DNA of 6,934 bases from a virus (taxonomy: Duplodnaviria > Heunggongvirae > Uroviricota > Caudoviricetes): positions 1 to 6,934 of IMG/VR virus record IMGVR_UViG_2671180828_000012; one strand, written 5' to 3'. Below are positions 6,431-6,934 of this stretch, piece by piece. Numbering within the stretch: position 1 is the stretch's first letter; every line of letters begins with the position of its first letter. The notes under the pieces are model-generated. The model was not told where the DNA came from and searched no databases. It worked only from the letters and a program-made list of their open reading frames with translations. A program made the position numbers and the translations under genes.

Positions 6431-6613
6431 TCACGATTTCAGCGCAATGACCAGTTTTGCCAGCCCATACAGTATCGGAGACACAGCGATACCAACCGCC
6501 ACCCACTTAATAGCAAAAGCCAGCGCTCTGCTGATGTCATCAGTTACTGGCGCTTTCAGTTCAAGGCCGTTTTTCATAGTCAACCTCAACAGAATTCGTT
6601 TATACTTTTCCAT
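6431..6613 (-). CDS. Small tail-anchored membrane protein (60 aa) at the position where a lambdoid lysis cassette carries its holin; family not recognised
   Basis: ATG at 6613-6611 preceded by AAGGGAGAAC. Product MEKYKRILLRLTMKNGLELKAPVTDDISRALAFAIKWVAVGIAVSPILYGLAKLVIALKS has a basic soluble N-terminus and a single C-terminal transmembrane helix. Stop TGA at 6433-6431. It does not resemble lambda S or phage 21 S as I recall them. Confidence 0.45.
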   Translation of the reverse strand: MEKYKRILLRLTMKNGLELKAPVTDDISRALAFAIKWVAVGIAVSPILYGLAKLVIALKS

Positions 6614-6646
6614 GTTCTCCCTTGCCTTATCCAAGGTCAGAAACAC

Positions 6647-6690
6647 AAAACCCCGCTTGCAGCCAACAAACGGGGTTTTTACTTTTATTC
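6647..6690. terminator. GC-rich hairpin flanked by T-runs on both strands (bidirectional intrinsic terminator), ~30 nt upstream of the 60-aa ORF
   Basis: aaaaccccg (6647-6655) pairs with cggggtttt (6671-6679) around a 15-nt loop, followed by ttacttttattc on plus and by ttttgtgtttctgacc on minus. Its position relative to the lysis genes recalls lambda tR', but no convincing upstream late promoter was found. Confidence 0.4.
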
Positions 6691-6702
6691 ACTTAGTTTT
6701 TG

Positions 6703-6934
6703 TTAGTTCGCAGGATTTCGTGTTATCCGTCCGTGTGAGCAAACCGCATTTTTCAGCAAAATATTCTGCTTATCTGTCAATTCCCCAGCACGCCAGCGCA
6801 CTCTCCTGGTCGCGACGGGATACCTGACCGTAACAGTTGTTTGAGCGAATACGGCAGTCTCTGCCACCGTCCTTAATCCACCAGCGAATCGCTTCGCATG
6901 CTCCCCTGCGATCACCTGCATTAATTCGTCTGTA
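6703..6934 (-). CDS. 3' end of an ORF entering from beyond the right edge (at least 76 codons); unknown function
   Basis: Open frame from the window edge to TAA at 6705-6703 (...ELTDKQNILLKNAVCSHGRITRNPAN). In a lambdoid layout this slot would hold the Q antiterminator or a nin-region gene, but I see no Q-like zinc-finger motif. The internal ATG at 6921 has no Shine-Dalgarno. Confidence 0.25.
   Translation of the reverse strand, partial: TDELMQVIAGEHAKRFAGGLRTVAETAVFAQTTVTVRYPVATRRVRWRAGELTDKQNILLKNAVCSHGRITRNPAN

Noticed and set aside
6752-6780. Minus-strand late-promoter candidate with a perfect -35 TTGACA (complement of 6775-6780)
   Set aside because: No acceptable -10 hexamer at 16-18 bp spacing (GCTGAA, TGCTGA, CTGAAA), and the hexamer lies inside the partial upstream ORF. 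Mentioned in a finding but not annotated as a promoter.
6447-6827. Plus-strand 126-aa ORF
   Set aside because: Antisense to the 60-aa minus-strand ORF and crosses the terminator hairpin. No RBS, and the lysis-cassette context favours the minus-strand reading.
1-6934. CRISPR arrays, tRNA/rRNA genes, IS element termini or integrase genes
   Set aside because: I saw no regularly spaced direct repeats, no tRNA-like arms, and no transposase- or integrase-like ORF. The deletion junctions (~183, ~3483, ~5655) have no recognisable IS inverted repeats, though short repeats could be missed by eye.

Overview
This window is a heavily decayed lambdoid prophage: late-operon lysis and tail genes, all on the minus strand, with lambda gene order kept but at least three internal deletions. 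Reading right to left: a partial ORF at the right edge (6703-6934), a bidirectional terminator hairpin (6647-6690), a 60-aa tail-anchored membrane ORF (6431-6613), a 28-aa hydrophobic ORF (6333-6419), the spanin pair Rz (5864-6331) with embedded Rz1 (5926-6111), a chimeric tape-measure gene H' (4644-5840), intact M (4318-4647) and L (3620-4318), an in-frame K::I fusion remnant (3391-3609), an AT-rich ~340-bp insert (3048-3390), and a C-terminally truncated J (21-3047) that meets a convergent plus-strand ORF fragment (45-227). No endolysin, terminase, portal, capsid or tail-shaft genes are present between Rz1 and H'. The most interesting element is the I-J insert: it carries a sigma70-like promoter and an intrinsic terminator on the plus strand bounding a ~100-nt non-coding transcript, plus a separate perfect 13-bp hairpin. 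I read it as a moron-like candidate small RNA antisense to the late operon. No tRNA, rRNA, CRISPR array or recognisable IS element was seen. All homology calls rest on my recall of phage lambda protein sequences, not on a database search.
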